From positions 5,841 through 69,840 of the forward strand of contig JAYFQW010000024.1 in assembly GCA_034926675.1 (NCBI GenBank): a stretch of 64,000 nucleotides of DNA. Direction: 5' to 3'. Shown here piece by piece: positions 44,144-54,119 of this stretch; the first letter of the stretch is position 1, and each line of letters opens with the position of its first letter. Position numbers and translations under genes: made by a program. Below the pieces are notes generated by a model, which did no database searches, was not told the origin of the DNA, and was given only the letters and a program-made list of their open reading frames with translations. Source of the stretch: Clostridia bacterium. GTDB lineage: Bacteria; Bacillota; DTU025.

Positions 44144-45880
44144 TCATGTTTGCACCCGGTCGCGCTCATCCCGGACGACCTTCGCCAGGAGATCGCGATC
44201 GAACTCATCGACAATGTAGAGGGTCCCATGGGCCACCTCCGCCAGCCTGCGAAGGAACCCCTTGTTCGGGGACAGTCCTATGCACGTGAAGGGAAGACCG
44301 TACTTGGCTATCTGCTCGGCCGCAGTGAGAGCATCCCGTGCAGGGTCTCCAGTCCACTGGTTCATAGTGGGAATCCCATCAGTGAGCAGCACCAGGAGAG
44401 TGGGCGTGGCTTTGCTGCTCGCGAGTACGCGGACCGCCTCGACAATCCCCGCGGCAAGCGGAGTGAGCCCTGCCGGTCTCACGGTTGCCAACCCGTCCTC
44501 CAGCGCCTTCACGGAACGGGCTCGCACCACGTGGCAGGTCACAGATCGATCCTGGAAGGTAAGCACGGTCACCTTGTCGCGGCACGCAAGAAACAGATAC
44601 CTTGCAAGATGCTTCGCGGCCTGGATGCGCTTCCCGGCCATGCTGGCGCTTGCGTCGATCAACAGGCATACGTCGACCTTTCGTCTCCGCCGCCTCTGCT
44701 CGATGCGGACATCGTCTCTCTGCATCGGCAGTATCTCGCCGCTCTTGGCGCACCTCACCGCCCAGGTGGTTACTGTCTCAGGCACAGCGATCTCGCCCCG
44801 GAAATCTGCCTCATCTGCGCGCATTGTGCGAAGAGCAGAGTAATGACCTGCTTTGCCCGCAGAGGAGACCGCGAAATCGCTCCGCTCAAGCGGTGTGCAG
44901 GCTGGCCGAGCCGCCCTGCGGATAAGCCTATGCATCTGGGTTTCGACCTCGCGGGCGAACCGGCGAAGGAAATCCCGGATCCGGAGGCCTTTATCAGAAA
45001 GCGTCACCGAAGCGCCGTCTCCGTCAACTATCTCCAGCGCACGGAGCCTTGCGAGCATGCCCTCGGCATCGCCGAATTCCCGTTCGAGCATGGCATATGG
45101 GCTCTCGCGCCTGTTTGGACTGGCGGCACACTCCAGGAAGGATCGAAGGCTGGTTACAGAACCGAAATCCGCCGACGCATCCAGCGCGTCTTTCATCTCA
45201 GCTGAACGGTCCGTCCCTGAGCCCGGCTGATTGTCCTCGCGAAGCAGCGAATCCATCTGCGAAGAGTATGGCGATAGGTCCAGCGGACTGCCTATGACGG
45301 AATGGTTGTTAGCCACCCTCTCAACCTGACGCAACTCACCCCCTGCCAACCTTATGGCGAGTTCTACTTCGCGGACGAGATAGTAGATCAGGCCCGTCGC
45401 ATCAGGTGGAAGCATGGCTGCAAGATGGACATGGCCTCTGTGCGCAGTTCGGAGCGACGCCTTTCTGCCGAACTTGAGGCTGCCAGTGGCCCGGCCGCCG
45501 CCAGTCCCGGTCTGCACGTCCACGAAGTCCGCGAGGTTTCCAGATGGCCATGATCTAAGCGACCACGGCTCAGGCCCAATACACATCTCCCTCGCGAATT
45601 CCTCCGCTGCATGCCTCACAGCTAAAGCCACCGCAGTGTGGTCTATGTCTGCCAGGGCGTGGAAAACGTCGAGGTGCACGACTTCGAAGGCCTTGGATCT
45701 TCCGTAGAAGACCTGCCCTGCGTCTGCCATGCACCTCACCGTCATCACCTCGGGATGCGCAGGGTCGAGTATGTGAATGCGCCTCGACGCCACTGCAGTC
45801 TCCCCTATGCGCACCCCGAGCCCCCTATCCAGCTCCTGGTTCACGTCTCTGGTGAATGCCGCTATTTCCTCAAGCCTCAA
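44144..45880 (-). CDS. VWA (von Willebrand factor A, MIDAS) domain protein with an about 380-aa N-terminal domain of unknown function; ChlD-like partner of the upstream AAA+
   Basis: 578 aa. The C-terminus VDVCLLIDASASMAGKRI...LLTDGIPT is a MIDAS-type VWA. It overlaps the upstream AAA+ gene by 4 bp (ATGA). Confidence 0.65.
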   Translation of the reverse strand: MRLEEIAAFTRDVNQELDRGLGVRIGETAVASRRIHILDPAHPEVMTVRCMADAGQVFYGRSKAFEVVHLDVFHALADIDHTAVALAVRHAAEEFAREMCIGPEPWSLRSWPSGNLADFVDVQTGTGGGRATGSLKFGRKASLRTAHRGHVHLAAMLPPDATGLIYYLVREVELAIRLAGGELRQVERVANNHSVIGSPLDLSPYSSQMDSLLREDNQPGSGTDRSAEMKDALDASADFGSVTSLRSFLECAASPNRRESPYAMLEREFGDAEGMLARLRALEIVDGDGASVTLSDKGLRIRDFLRRFAREVETQMHRLIRRAARPACTPLERSDFAVSSAGKAGHYSALRTMRADEADFRGEIAVPETVTTWAVRCAKSGEILPMQRDDVRIEQRRRRRKVDVCLLIDASASMAGKRIQAAKHLARYLFLACRDKVTVLTFQDRSVTCHVVRARSVKALEDGLATVRPAGLTPLAAGIVEAVRVLASSKATPTLLVLLTDGIPTMNQWTGDPARDALTAAEQIAKYGLPFTCIGLSPNKGFLRRLAEVAHGTLYIVDEFDRDLLAKVVRDERDRVQT

Positions 45881-47568
45881 CTCAAGTCATCCTCTGCGAA
45901 GACGACCTTGGGGCCGATGTCGGTTATGGGGCGCGCAGGGTTGGGCGGACATGCTTCGCACACCGCAGGCCCGCCTCCGCCCTCATCAGCATCGCCATGC
46001 ACACCAGAACCCACGCTCGCCCTGGCGCCGCCAATCCCGTTTCCTCCGTCTGTCGGGCTTCCGCACCCGGCTGACCTTCTCCCCTGGCCTCCGCCATCCT
46101 CAGGTCCGGCTCCGGATCCGGAGTCAGCCCCATCGGATTTCATGCGCTCGAACACCCTGTGGAGCATCCCACGGATTCCAGGCATCCCGGCAATGCCGGG
46201 TTGGCCCCCAGGCCCGGCCCCAGATCCAAGCCCAAGCCCGGGCCCGGGCCCCGCCCCAACTCTCGACTCCCAGCTGCGGTCGTAGCACTGACCACCGCCC
46301 CCTAGCGCAGACCCTGGCGTCTGCCCAGGCCCCGAGCAGCCCCCTCCTGCCAGGGCAGAGGTTGGCCTGCCGGCCGACTTCTCCTGCATCGCGTCAACGT
46401 ACCGAAGGATGCTCGACAGGGCAGCAATCTCCACCCTGTGCCTTAGCACCGCTGGCAGCACTGCCCTGATGTCCTCCAGCGCAACACAGCTTCTGCCCGC
46501 CAGAGCTGCCCTGCACCTCGAGGTGATCCTGGCTGATTCCATGGCCCTGATGCTCTCGATATCGAAGTCCACGTATATCTGGGCAAGAAGCTCGACCAAC
46601 TCGTCAGGGTAGCTGACCCGCGGAACGAGGGCGCCCGCTGCCACGAGCCGGCCCTTCCATCCCCCCGAACCAGGATCAGCCGGAGCGGATGCAGCGCCCC
46701 TGCTGCCTTCGGGAGCAGACAGCGAGAGCTGCCTGCTCTGGGCGCAAAAGTCGTCGAGCTCTAGGATCCTCCTGATCATCGGCAACTCGCTCGCTCGGCC
46801 CATCTCAACCGACAGATCAAACCTATCGGAAAGCTGCCTCCTCACGTCCTCCAAAGGGCCCGGGTCCTCGTCAGGGTTGGACGCGGACCATACCGAGATC
46901 TCCACAGGCACCGCCACCACCGGGAGACCAGACTCCTCGATCTGCACCCTGCCGGGCTTCGTTCCCATTACATCTAGCAAGACATCGGTTAGCTCGGGGG
47001 AGGTGTCGGCAAGCCGGTTTATCTCATCGATGAAGACTATGCCCCGGTTCGCTCTGGGGATCGTGCCGAGCAGGATGGCAGCGCCTGGCCTCTCTCGGTC
47101 CATTACCTTAGCAAGATCGATGCTGCCTACCACCGTGCCAAGCTTGGCCGAGTGGGATACCTCGAGGAATGGCATCATGATCCTCTCTGAGCTGAGGTCG
47201 TGAAGGCGTGACAGAGGCATGTCGCGATGGACTGGGCAGTGTGGCGCCCATGGCCTGCAGTTGTACTCGCAGCCAGTAATCCGATCGATCCTGGGAAGAA
47301 CGCCAGCCGCCGAGCGCATTATGGTGGTCTTTCCGGTTCCTCTCACGCCTTCCGCGTGCACATGCACTGGCCGCCCCGCTATGGCCGCCACAATGGAGAT
47401 CTCCACTGCTTCAAACAGAGCAGCGTTTCCCTCATGCTTCACAAGGCTCTCGTATGGGCGCAAAAGGAACCCCTCCGCGTCGGTATTGTGCGAAGAGTAG
47501 TATTGCACCGCGCGTGGAGTTTGATCCCCAGTCGGCGGATCACAGCAAGCATGCTCCGTTGATCTCAA
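45877..47568 (-). CDS. ChlI/BchI-type AAA+ ATPase (Mg-chelatase subunit I family) with a long Gly/Pro-rich C-terminal tail
   Basis: 563 aa. GVRGTGKTTIMRSAAGVLP...CEYNC...PFLEVSHSAKLGTVVGSIDL...ANRGIVFIDEINRLADTSPELTDVLLDVMG...LSDRFDLSV aligns segment by segment with BchI/ChlI. The C-terminal 200 aa are Gly-rich low complexity. Confidence 0.7.
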   Translation of the reverse strand: MRSTEHACCDPPTGDQTPRAVQYYSSHNTDAEGFLLRPYESLVKHEGNAALFEAVEISIVAAIAGRPVHVHAEGVRGTGKTTIMRSAAGVLPRIDRITGCEYNCRPWAPHCPVHRDMPLSRLHDLSSERIMMPFLEVSHSAKLGTVVGSIDLAKVMDRERPGAAILLGTIPRANRGIVFIDEINRLADTSPELTDVLLDVMGTKPGRVQIEESGLPVVAVPVEISVWSASNPDEDPGPLEDVRRQLSDRFDLSVEMGRASELPMIRRILELDDFCAQSRQLSLSAPEGSRGAASAPADPGSGGWKGRLVAAGALVPRVSYPDELVELLAQIYVDFDIESIRAMESARITSRCRAALAGRSCVALEDIRAVLPAVLRHRVEIAALSSILRYVDAMQEKSAGRPTSALAGGGCSGPGQTPGSALGGGGQCYDRSWESRVGAGPGPGLGLGSGAGPGGQPGIAGMPGIRGMLHRVFERMKSDGADSGSGAGPEDGGGQGRRSAGCGSPTDGGNGIGGARASVGSGVHGDADEGGGGPAVCEACPPNPARPITDIGPKVVFAEDDLS

Positions 47569-48424
47569 GACCGAACTTGCAGTTGAGCACGGTTGCGGCC
47601 TTTCTGCACATGGTCATGCGGGATAGGAATATCTCGAAGTATTCCATTACGGGGCACATCTCAGTATCGGTCACGAGTGAGAGCGTAATGAGCCTGTGCT
47701 CAGCGTCGATATCCAGCCGGGATTTGGTGGCCGCGTATGACACTCGGTCGTGGATATCGAAGGAGGCCACGTCGCGGTTCCGGACGCGAGTCCGGTGCAC
47801 GTCGGTCTTGTCGGCAAGAATAACCGCTGCCGACACCTCGTTCACAGGGTGGCCATATTCCTCCTCGTGGTTGCCGACTGCCGCCATCACCAGGGCCGTC
47901 TCTTCCACGCTCATGCCCATCCTGGTGAGAAGGGACCACGCCATAATCGCACTGCTCTGTCCGTGATGATCCCTCGACACGACGTTTCCGATATCGTGGA
48001 TATATCCAGCGATGCCCGCAAGCTCCGCCCATCTGGGGTCGTACTTCAGTGTTTCAAGGACATTGTGGGCGATGCTCGACACCAGAAACGCGTGGCGCGG
48101 GCCGTGCTCTGTGTATCCCATCGCTCCAAGGTTCAAGTTCGCCCGTTCCACCAGAGCATTCACCTCGGGGTTGCTCCGCACATCCTTGATGCTCAGCTTT
48201 CCATCCATATGATCATCATCACCTCTGTTGTGTGCTCGCGCGCCCCGCGAGTCTACCCCACACCTACGCCGACAGCCGCGCCATGCAGGCGCGGCCGCCG
48301 TTCTCCGTATGGGCGTTATCCGTGTGGACGTGGACATCGTTCGCTGTGAGCCTACATGTAGTCGAACGCGAACTGATCCAACGGCCCGAAAGGCACGTAC
48401 AGAGTCCATGTGATCTTCTTCCAT
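47540..48424 (-). CDS. HD-domain metal-dependent phosphohydrolase
   Basis: HGPRHAFLVSSIAHNV...IAGYIHDIGNVVSRDHHGQSS matches the H...HD...D motif set. The real start is probably MDGKLSIKDVRS (about 48208), because the upstream part of the ORF overlaps the next gene. Confidence 0.7.
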   Translation of the reverse strand: MEEDHMDSVRAFRAVGSVRVRLHVGSQRTMSTSTRITPIRRTAAAPAWRGCRRRCGVDSRGARAHNRGDDDHMDGKLSIKDVRSNPEVNALVERANLNLGAMGYTEHGPRHAFLVSSIAHNVLETLKYDPRWAELAGIAGYIHDIGNVVSRDHHGQSSAIMAWSLLTRMGMSVEETALVMAAVGNHEEEYGHPVNEVSAAVILADKTDVHRTRVRNRDVASFDIHDRVSYAATKSRLDIDAEHRLITLSLVTDTEMCPVMEYFEIFLSRMTMCRKAATVLNCKFGLEINGACLL

Positions 48425-49137
48425 TGCCTTCCTGAGAAGGCAGGATCAGCGCTCCAAAACGGCAGTATGGCATATGTGCGCATCGTCTCGCCTTTAGCCA
48501 GCGGTTTCTCAGGCAGTAATTCGGGCGCGCTCGCGTAGTACTTCTGCCTGACTGCTCCATCCGCATCCACCACATAGAAAGCCTCTATCGACGGAAGCAC
48601 CATGCAATCCGCTGGTCCGGATATGTTCTCCACTAGGAGGTCGATCTTTACCTCGGGAGGGGCCTCAAGAAGTCCGAGGACAGTGACGCGCACTCCGCCT
48701 ATCTCCTGAGGCGTTGCGAAAAGCCCCTTCCGGTAGGAGAGGGAAACCCATTCGCGGCCCATCATGCGATCATCGACCACGGCGGGGCGGCCTTCGATAT
48801 CGCGAATCTTCAGGTATCTGACTCGCAACTGCCCGTCAGCATTGACGTAGTACACCTTCGCACGGATGCTCTCGCCGAGAACACTCGACTCCACCTTGGA
48901 TATCGATGTGATGCCGTCGGTCTTGCCATCTCTAGCAGAGACATATTCCACCCACGAAAGCGCTGCGTCGGAACAGAAGGACTGCGCCCGCTTCCAGTCG
49001 CACTTCTGAAAAGCACTGACGAACTCCGCCGCGACCGCCTCTGCAGCATCAGCGGCAGCTGCGGCATAGGGGATGCACATGCCCGCCAGGAGAGCTGCGG
49101 CAAGCGCATATGTAATCCAGGTTCTTCTCGTAATCAT
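48352..49137 (-). CDS. Hypothetical secreted protein (signal peptide; unknown function)
   Basis: 261 aa starting MITRRTWITYALAAALLAGMCIPYAAAAADA, with no recognisable domain. Confidence 0.5.
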   Translation of the reverse strand: MITRRTWITYALAAALLAGMCIPYAAAAADAAEAVAAEFVSAFQKCDWKRAQSFCSDAALSWVEYVSARDGKTDGITSISKVESSVLGESIRAKVYYVNADGQLRVRYLKIRDIEGRPAVVDDRMMGREWVSLSYRKGLFATPQEIGGVRVTVLGLLEAPPEVKIDLLVENISGPADCMVLPSIEAFYVVDADGAVRQKYYASAPELLPEKPLAKGETMRTYAILPFWSADPAFSGRQWKKITWTLYVPFGPLDQFAFDYM

Positions 49138-49168
49138 AGATCCAGGCCTCCTATAGTGACGCCGACCC

Positions 49169-49498
49169 CTAGGAACTCTGCTGATTCTCCTTGCCCACTG
49201 TATCCTGCACTGCCCATTTGGAGAAGCGCATGATGATGCGCTCGCCCTGGTCTGCGACGTTCACGATTAGTGCGTCGTCCTTGATCTCGACTATCTCGCC
49301 GTGTATTCCTCCGATGGTTACTACTCTGTTGCCCTTGCGCAACCCCGAGAGCATGGTTTCGCGCTTCTTCTTTTGCGTCTGCTGCGGTCGGATCAGCATG
49401 AAGTAGAAGACCACCATCAGAACGGCAAATGGGAGCAATGTGACTAACAGGTTCTGACTCTGTCCTGGTTGCATTCGCTGCTTACCTCCATTTCCCAA
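49169..49498 (-). CDS. yajC: Preprotein translocase subunit YajC
   Basis: 109 aa with a single TM (LLPFAVLMVVFYFMLIRPQQ) and a YajC motif. Confidence 0.85.
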   Translation of the reverse strand: MGNGGKQRMQPGQSQNLLVTLLPFAVLMVVFYFMLIRPQQTQKKKRETMLSGLRKGNRVVTIGGIHGEIVEIKDDALIVNVADQGERIIMRFSKWAVQDTVGKENQQSS

Positions 49499-49510
49499 GT
49501 GGGTAATGCC

Positions 49511-50653
<1,143 letters not shown>

Positions 50654-51682
50654 CTAGAGTATGAGCATCGCATCGCCAAATGAGAAGAACCTGTACTCCT
50701 GGTTCACGGCCTCCTGATACGAGCTGAGAACGAAGTCCCTCCCTGCGAAGGCCGACACCATCATCACCAGGGTGGATTTGGGCAGATGGAAGTTGGTCAC
50801 CATGGAATCCACGGCTTTGAACCGATAGCCGGGGTAGATGAAGATGCCCGTCCATCCATCACCTGGATTGACGGAACCATCCTCGGCTGCAACGGTCTCT
50901 AGGGTGCGCACGGCTGTGGTGCCAACCGCCACAACTCTTCCCCCAGCCATGCGGGCGCTGTTGATTGCAGCAGCGGTCTCGCTGGATACGTGGTAGTGCT
51001 CTGAGTGCATCACATGCGCTTCGATCTGCTCCGTTTTCACCGGACGGAAGGTTCCAAGCCCGACATGGAGGGTAACCCTGGCCAGCGTCACTCCGTTTGC
51101 CTTAATCCGGTCCAGGAGTTCCTGGGTGAAGTGAAGCCCCGCTGTGGGCGCTGCTGCAGAGCCTCGCACCGATGCGTATACTGTTTGGTACCGGTCTGGA
51201 GTGGACAGATGCTCCTTTATGTAGTGAGGCGTGGGCATCTCTCCTATTGCATCGACCACCGCGTCGACACCTTCAGAAGCCTCGAATGCGATCACGCGGC
51301 CTCCGTAGTCGGTCTTGTCGAGAACGCATCCTGTCATCCTTCCCCCGCCGAAAGAGAGGGTCTCGCCCACCTGCGCGCGCCGACCCGGGCGTGCAAGGCA
51401 CTCCCAGGTCGTGCCTTCGTCGCTTTTCTTCGAAAGGAGCAGGATCTCCACCTTGCCTCCGGTTTCGCGCTTGGCCGAGAGCCGCGCAGGCATCACCCGG
51501 GTATCATTGAGCACCAGCACGTCGCCTCGGCGGAGGTACTCCGGGAGATCGTGGAACTGCCTGTGCTCCACCTCGAGGCTGTCCCGATGGAGCACCATCA
51601 GCCTGGAAGCGTCCCTGATCTGAAGCGGGGTCTGTGCTATCAAGCGCTTTGGAAGGTCGTAATCGAACTCACTGAGCTGCAT
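50654..51682 (-). CDS. queA: S-adenosylmethionine:tRNA ribosyltransferase-isomerase
   Basis: 342 aa; MQLSEFDYDLPKRLIAQTPL... is typical of the QueA N-terminus. Confidence 0.93.
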   Translation of the reverse strand: MQLSEFDYDLPKRLIAQTPLQIRDASRLMVLHRDSLEVEHRQFHDLPEYLRRGDVLVLNDTRVMPARLSAKRETGGKVEILLLSKKSDEGTTWECLARPGRRAQVGETLSFGGGRMTGCVLDKTDYGGRVIAFEASEGVDAVVDAIGEMPTPHYIKEHLSTPDRYQTVYASVRGSAAAPTAGLHFTQELLDRIKANGVTLARVTLHVGLGTFRPVKTEQIEAHVMHSEHYHVSSETAAAINSARMAGGRVVAVGTTAVRTLETVAAEDGSVNPGDGWTGIFIYPGYRFKAVDSMVTNFHLPKSTLVMMVSAFAGRDFVLSSYQEAVNQEYRFFSFGDAMLIL

Positions 51683-51700
51683 ATGTTGGCATGTCCTTTC

Positions 51701-51757
51701 GCGTCACTCGCTTGGCGTCACTCGCTTGGCGTCATTCGCTTGGCGTCACTCGCTGTA
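51701..51757. repeat. 14-bp tandem direct repeat (GCGTCACTCGCTTG x about 4) spanning the era stop and the era-queA intergenic region
   Basis: gcgtcactcgcttg / gcgtcactcgcttg / gcgtcattcgcttg / gcgtcactcgctgt. The last copy encodes the Era C-terminus. The rest fills most of the 63-bp gap before the queA ATG. Confidence 0.8.
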
Positions 51758-52630
51758 GCCGAGTCTGTCGAGGAACGATTCGTCATCTCGCCAGCGTTTC
51801 CTGACCTTCACCCACAGCTGGAGATTCACCTGGGAGCCGAGCAACCGCTGGATCTCCATGCGCGCAAGTGTCCCGGTCTGCCGAAGCACGCTTCCACCGG
51901 CGCCTATCACGATGCCCTTCTGCGATTCTCTCTCCACAAGTATCACTGCACGGATGTCCACTATGTCGCGGTCTTCGCGCCTCGTCATCTCATCAACGAC
52001 GACAGCAATGGAATGCGGTATCTCCTCACGGGTCAGGTCGATCAGTTTCTCGCGGATAAACTCCGCGACAATGAACTCCTCGGGCCTGTCGACTTGAACA
52101 CCGGGTGGATAGTACATTGGGCCTTCCGGCAGCACGGTCGCGATCTCCTCCACGAACCCAGGCAGGTTCCTGCCTGTTGCAGCCGACACTGCTTTCACCC
52201 TCTGGAAACCAGCGAGATCCCTCGAGAGTCGCTCCACCTCTGAGGCCCTCTCCGCACTCACCAGATCGATCTTGTTGATGATGAGCCAGGCAGGAGCAGC
52301 AGCCTTCGAGACATACGACGCCACGGTCTCATCTTCAGGGCGAGCAGGCGATGACGCATCCACCACCATGAGTATGAGGTCCACATCGTCGAGCGCGCCG
52401 CGGGCAGCATTCACCAGCCTTTCCCCCAGCGTGTGGAGGGGCTTGTGTATCCCGGGCGTATCGAGAAACACGATCTGCGCGCCATCGAGATTCGCAATGG
52501 CGGAGATTCGGTTTCTGGTGGTCTGAGGTTTGTCGGTTACAATGGAGACTTTCGCCCCGACAAGCGCATTCAGAAGTGACGACTTGCCCACATTGGGCTT
52601 TCCAACGATAGCCACAAAACCTGATCTCAC
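51746..52630 (-). CDS. era: GTPase Era
   Basis: 294 aa with G-motifs (GKPNVGKSS, DTPG, NKID) and a C-terminal KH domain. It overlaps cdd by 4 bp. Confidence 0.93.
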   Translation of the reverse strand: MRSGFVAIVGKPNVGKSSLLNALVGAKVSIVTDKPQTTRNRISAIANLDGAQIVFLDTPGIHKPLHTLGERLVNAARGALDDVDLILMVVDASSPARPEDETVASYVSKAAAPAWLIINKIDLVSAERASEVERLSRDLAGFQRVKAVSAATGRNLPGFVEEIATVLPEGPMYYPPGVQVDRPEEFIVAEFIREKLIDLTREEIPHSIAVVVDEMTRREDRDIVDIRAVILVERESQKGIVIGAGGSVLRQTGTLARMEIQRLLGSQVNLQLWVKVRKRWRDDESFLDRLGYSE

Positions 52631-53049
52631 AGCATATCCTCCGACCTAAACGCCCCGGGAAGGAGCTCTCCGACAGTGCGGGTGACGCGAATGCCATCGT
52701 TTCCGATCATCGTGACTGGAGTGTTCAGACCAAACTCGGCCATGAACTGCCTACAGATGCCGCACGGCGTCACCGGTTCAGGCCTGTCCGACGCCACCAC
52801 GATGTGCAGAAACTCCCGATCACCCTCAGATACCGCCTTCACAAGCGCAGTCCGCTCAGCGCATATTGTGCCGCCGAACGAGGCGTTCTCCACATTGCAC
52901 CCAGCATATATCCTTCCGCTTTTCGCGAGTGCCGCTGCACCCACTCGAAATCGAGAGTAGGGTGCGTACGCGTTCTCGCGGGCGTGTCGCGCGACCCTGA
53001 TAAGTTCCTCCAGGGCTCCTGGGTTATCACCGGCATCCAGCACAGTCAT
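52627..53049 (-). CDS. cdd: Cytidine deaminase
   Basis: 140 aa with Zn ligands CAER and PCGICRQ. Confidence 0.88.
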   Translation of the reverse strand: MTVLDAGDNPGALEELIRVARHARENAYAPYSRFRVGAAALAKSGRIYAGCNVENASFGGTICAERTALVKAVSEGDREFLHIVVASDRPEPVTPCGICRQFMAEFGLNTPVTMIGNDGIRVTRTVGELLPGAFRSEDML

Positions 53050-54119
53050 CCCTCCACAATCTGAACATCCGTTCCCACCGGGACTACCTGTATCCAGGTG
53101 GCGCCGGGGTTGAGCTTGACGCAGGCGCCATCCGGCCCCAGATAGCGCGTGGGGTCAGACGCTTCCCTCTCCCAGGATCCCCTCACAATCCGCCCGCCTA
53201 TGAGCATCAGCGCGTCTCCACTGCCCTGCCTGGCAATGGACACTCGGCCTTCTTTATCGATGATTTTCGTCACTGCATACTGGATGATGACATTCGCGGC
53301 CGAGATCTGAGCCTGCGAATCCGGGTCGGTATGCGGCTGGCCTCCCATGAACCTGAGGCACCGGTTCGACGACGGATCATACTCCCATCTCACTAAGTAG
53401 CCAGCTGGGTACTTGATCGTTGCCTTGCTCGCGTGATCCTTCATCCGCACCGGCGCCTTCGCGAACTCGAACCCTGATTCAGCGAAATCCGTACGAATAC
53501 CGAGCTTCCTCGCCTGTTCCGCGAGTGCCTTCGGCTTCGCAAATAGGTTGTGCGGCATGCGCCTCGATGGATCTCGGAAGAAGGCAACCCCATTCCTCAT
53601 CTCGTTTATCGCTGGGTACTTCAGCCTGGCGATCATGGCCAGCGCTTCCGCGCTTCCTCCGCAGTGTACGAACATCGCGCCATGCTCCTGCGCAACCTCC
53701 ACTAGGTAGGGCCTGGCGCTGCGAATTGGTCCTATCGGCCCTCCGTCGCACGCGGAGTAGAAGGCGACGAACCTTGTGATTCCGCCCTCTGCAAGCATCT
53801 CGTAAACGACCCGCGCATCCGCAAGTCCCCTCTGGGGCCTGGCAGCAGGGGAGTTTTCAACCGCTGCCGCGAAGTATGTTGGAGAGTCAAACGACGCGCG
53901 CGTCCTCCCATCGAGGGGGTCTATCCACGTCAATGGCCCTGATCTGACGCTATCAGCTTCGTCCCTCCCCAACGACCCGGTATCTGCCGATGAGTCATCG
54001 GATAGCGCGTGTTCGCGCCCACCGATCGACGCCGTCCCGATTGAGAGCCTAATCGCCACGGCGGCGCACAGCACCACGACCATAGCCGCCAGCACCAGCC
54101 AAACTCTGCGGTTCACCAC
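53046..54119 (-). CDS. DUF3048-domain lipoprotein (YerB-like)
   Basis: 357 aa with an N-terminal signal anchor. The domain assignment was made by eye and is unverified. Confidence 0.6.
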   Translation of the reverse strand: MVNRRVWLVLAAMVVVLCAAVAIRLSIGTASIGGREHALSDDSSADTGSLGRDEADSVRSGPLTWIDPLDGRTRASFDSPTYFAAAVENSPAARPQRGLADARVVYEMLAEGGITRFVAFYSACDGGPIGPIRSARPYLVEVAQEHGAMFVHCGGSAEALAMIARLKYPAINEMRNGVAFFRDPSRRMPHNLFAKPKALAEQARKLGIRTDFAESGFEFAKAPVRMKDHASKATIKYPAGYLVRWEYDPSSNRCLRFMGGQPHTDPDSQAQISAANVIIQYAVTKIIDKEGRVSIARQGSGDALMLIGGRIVRGSWEREASDPTRYLGPDGACVKLNPGATWIQVVPVGTDVQIVEG

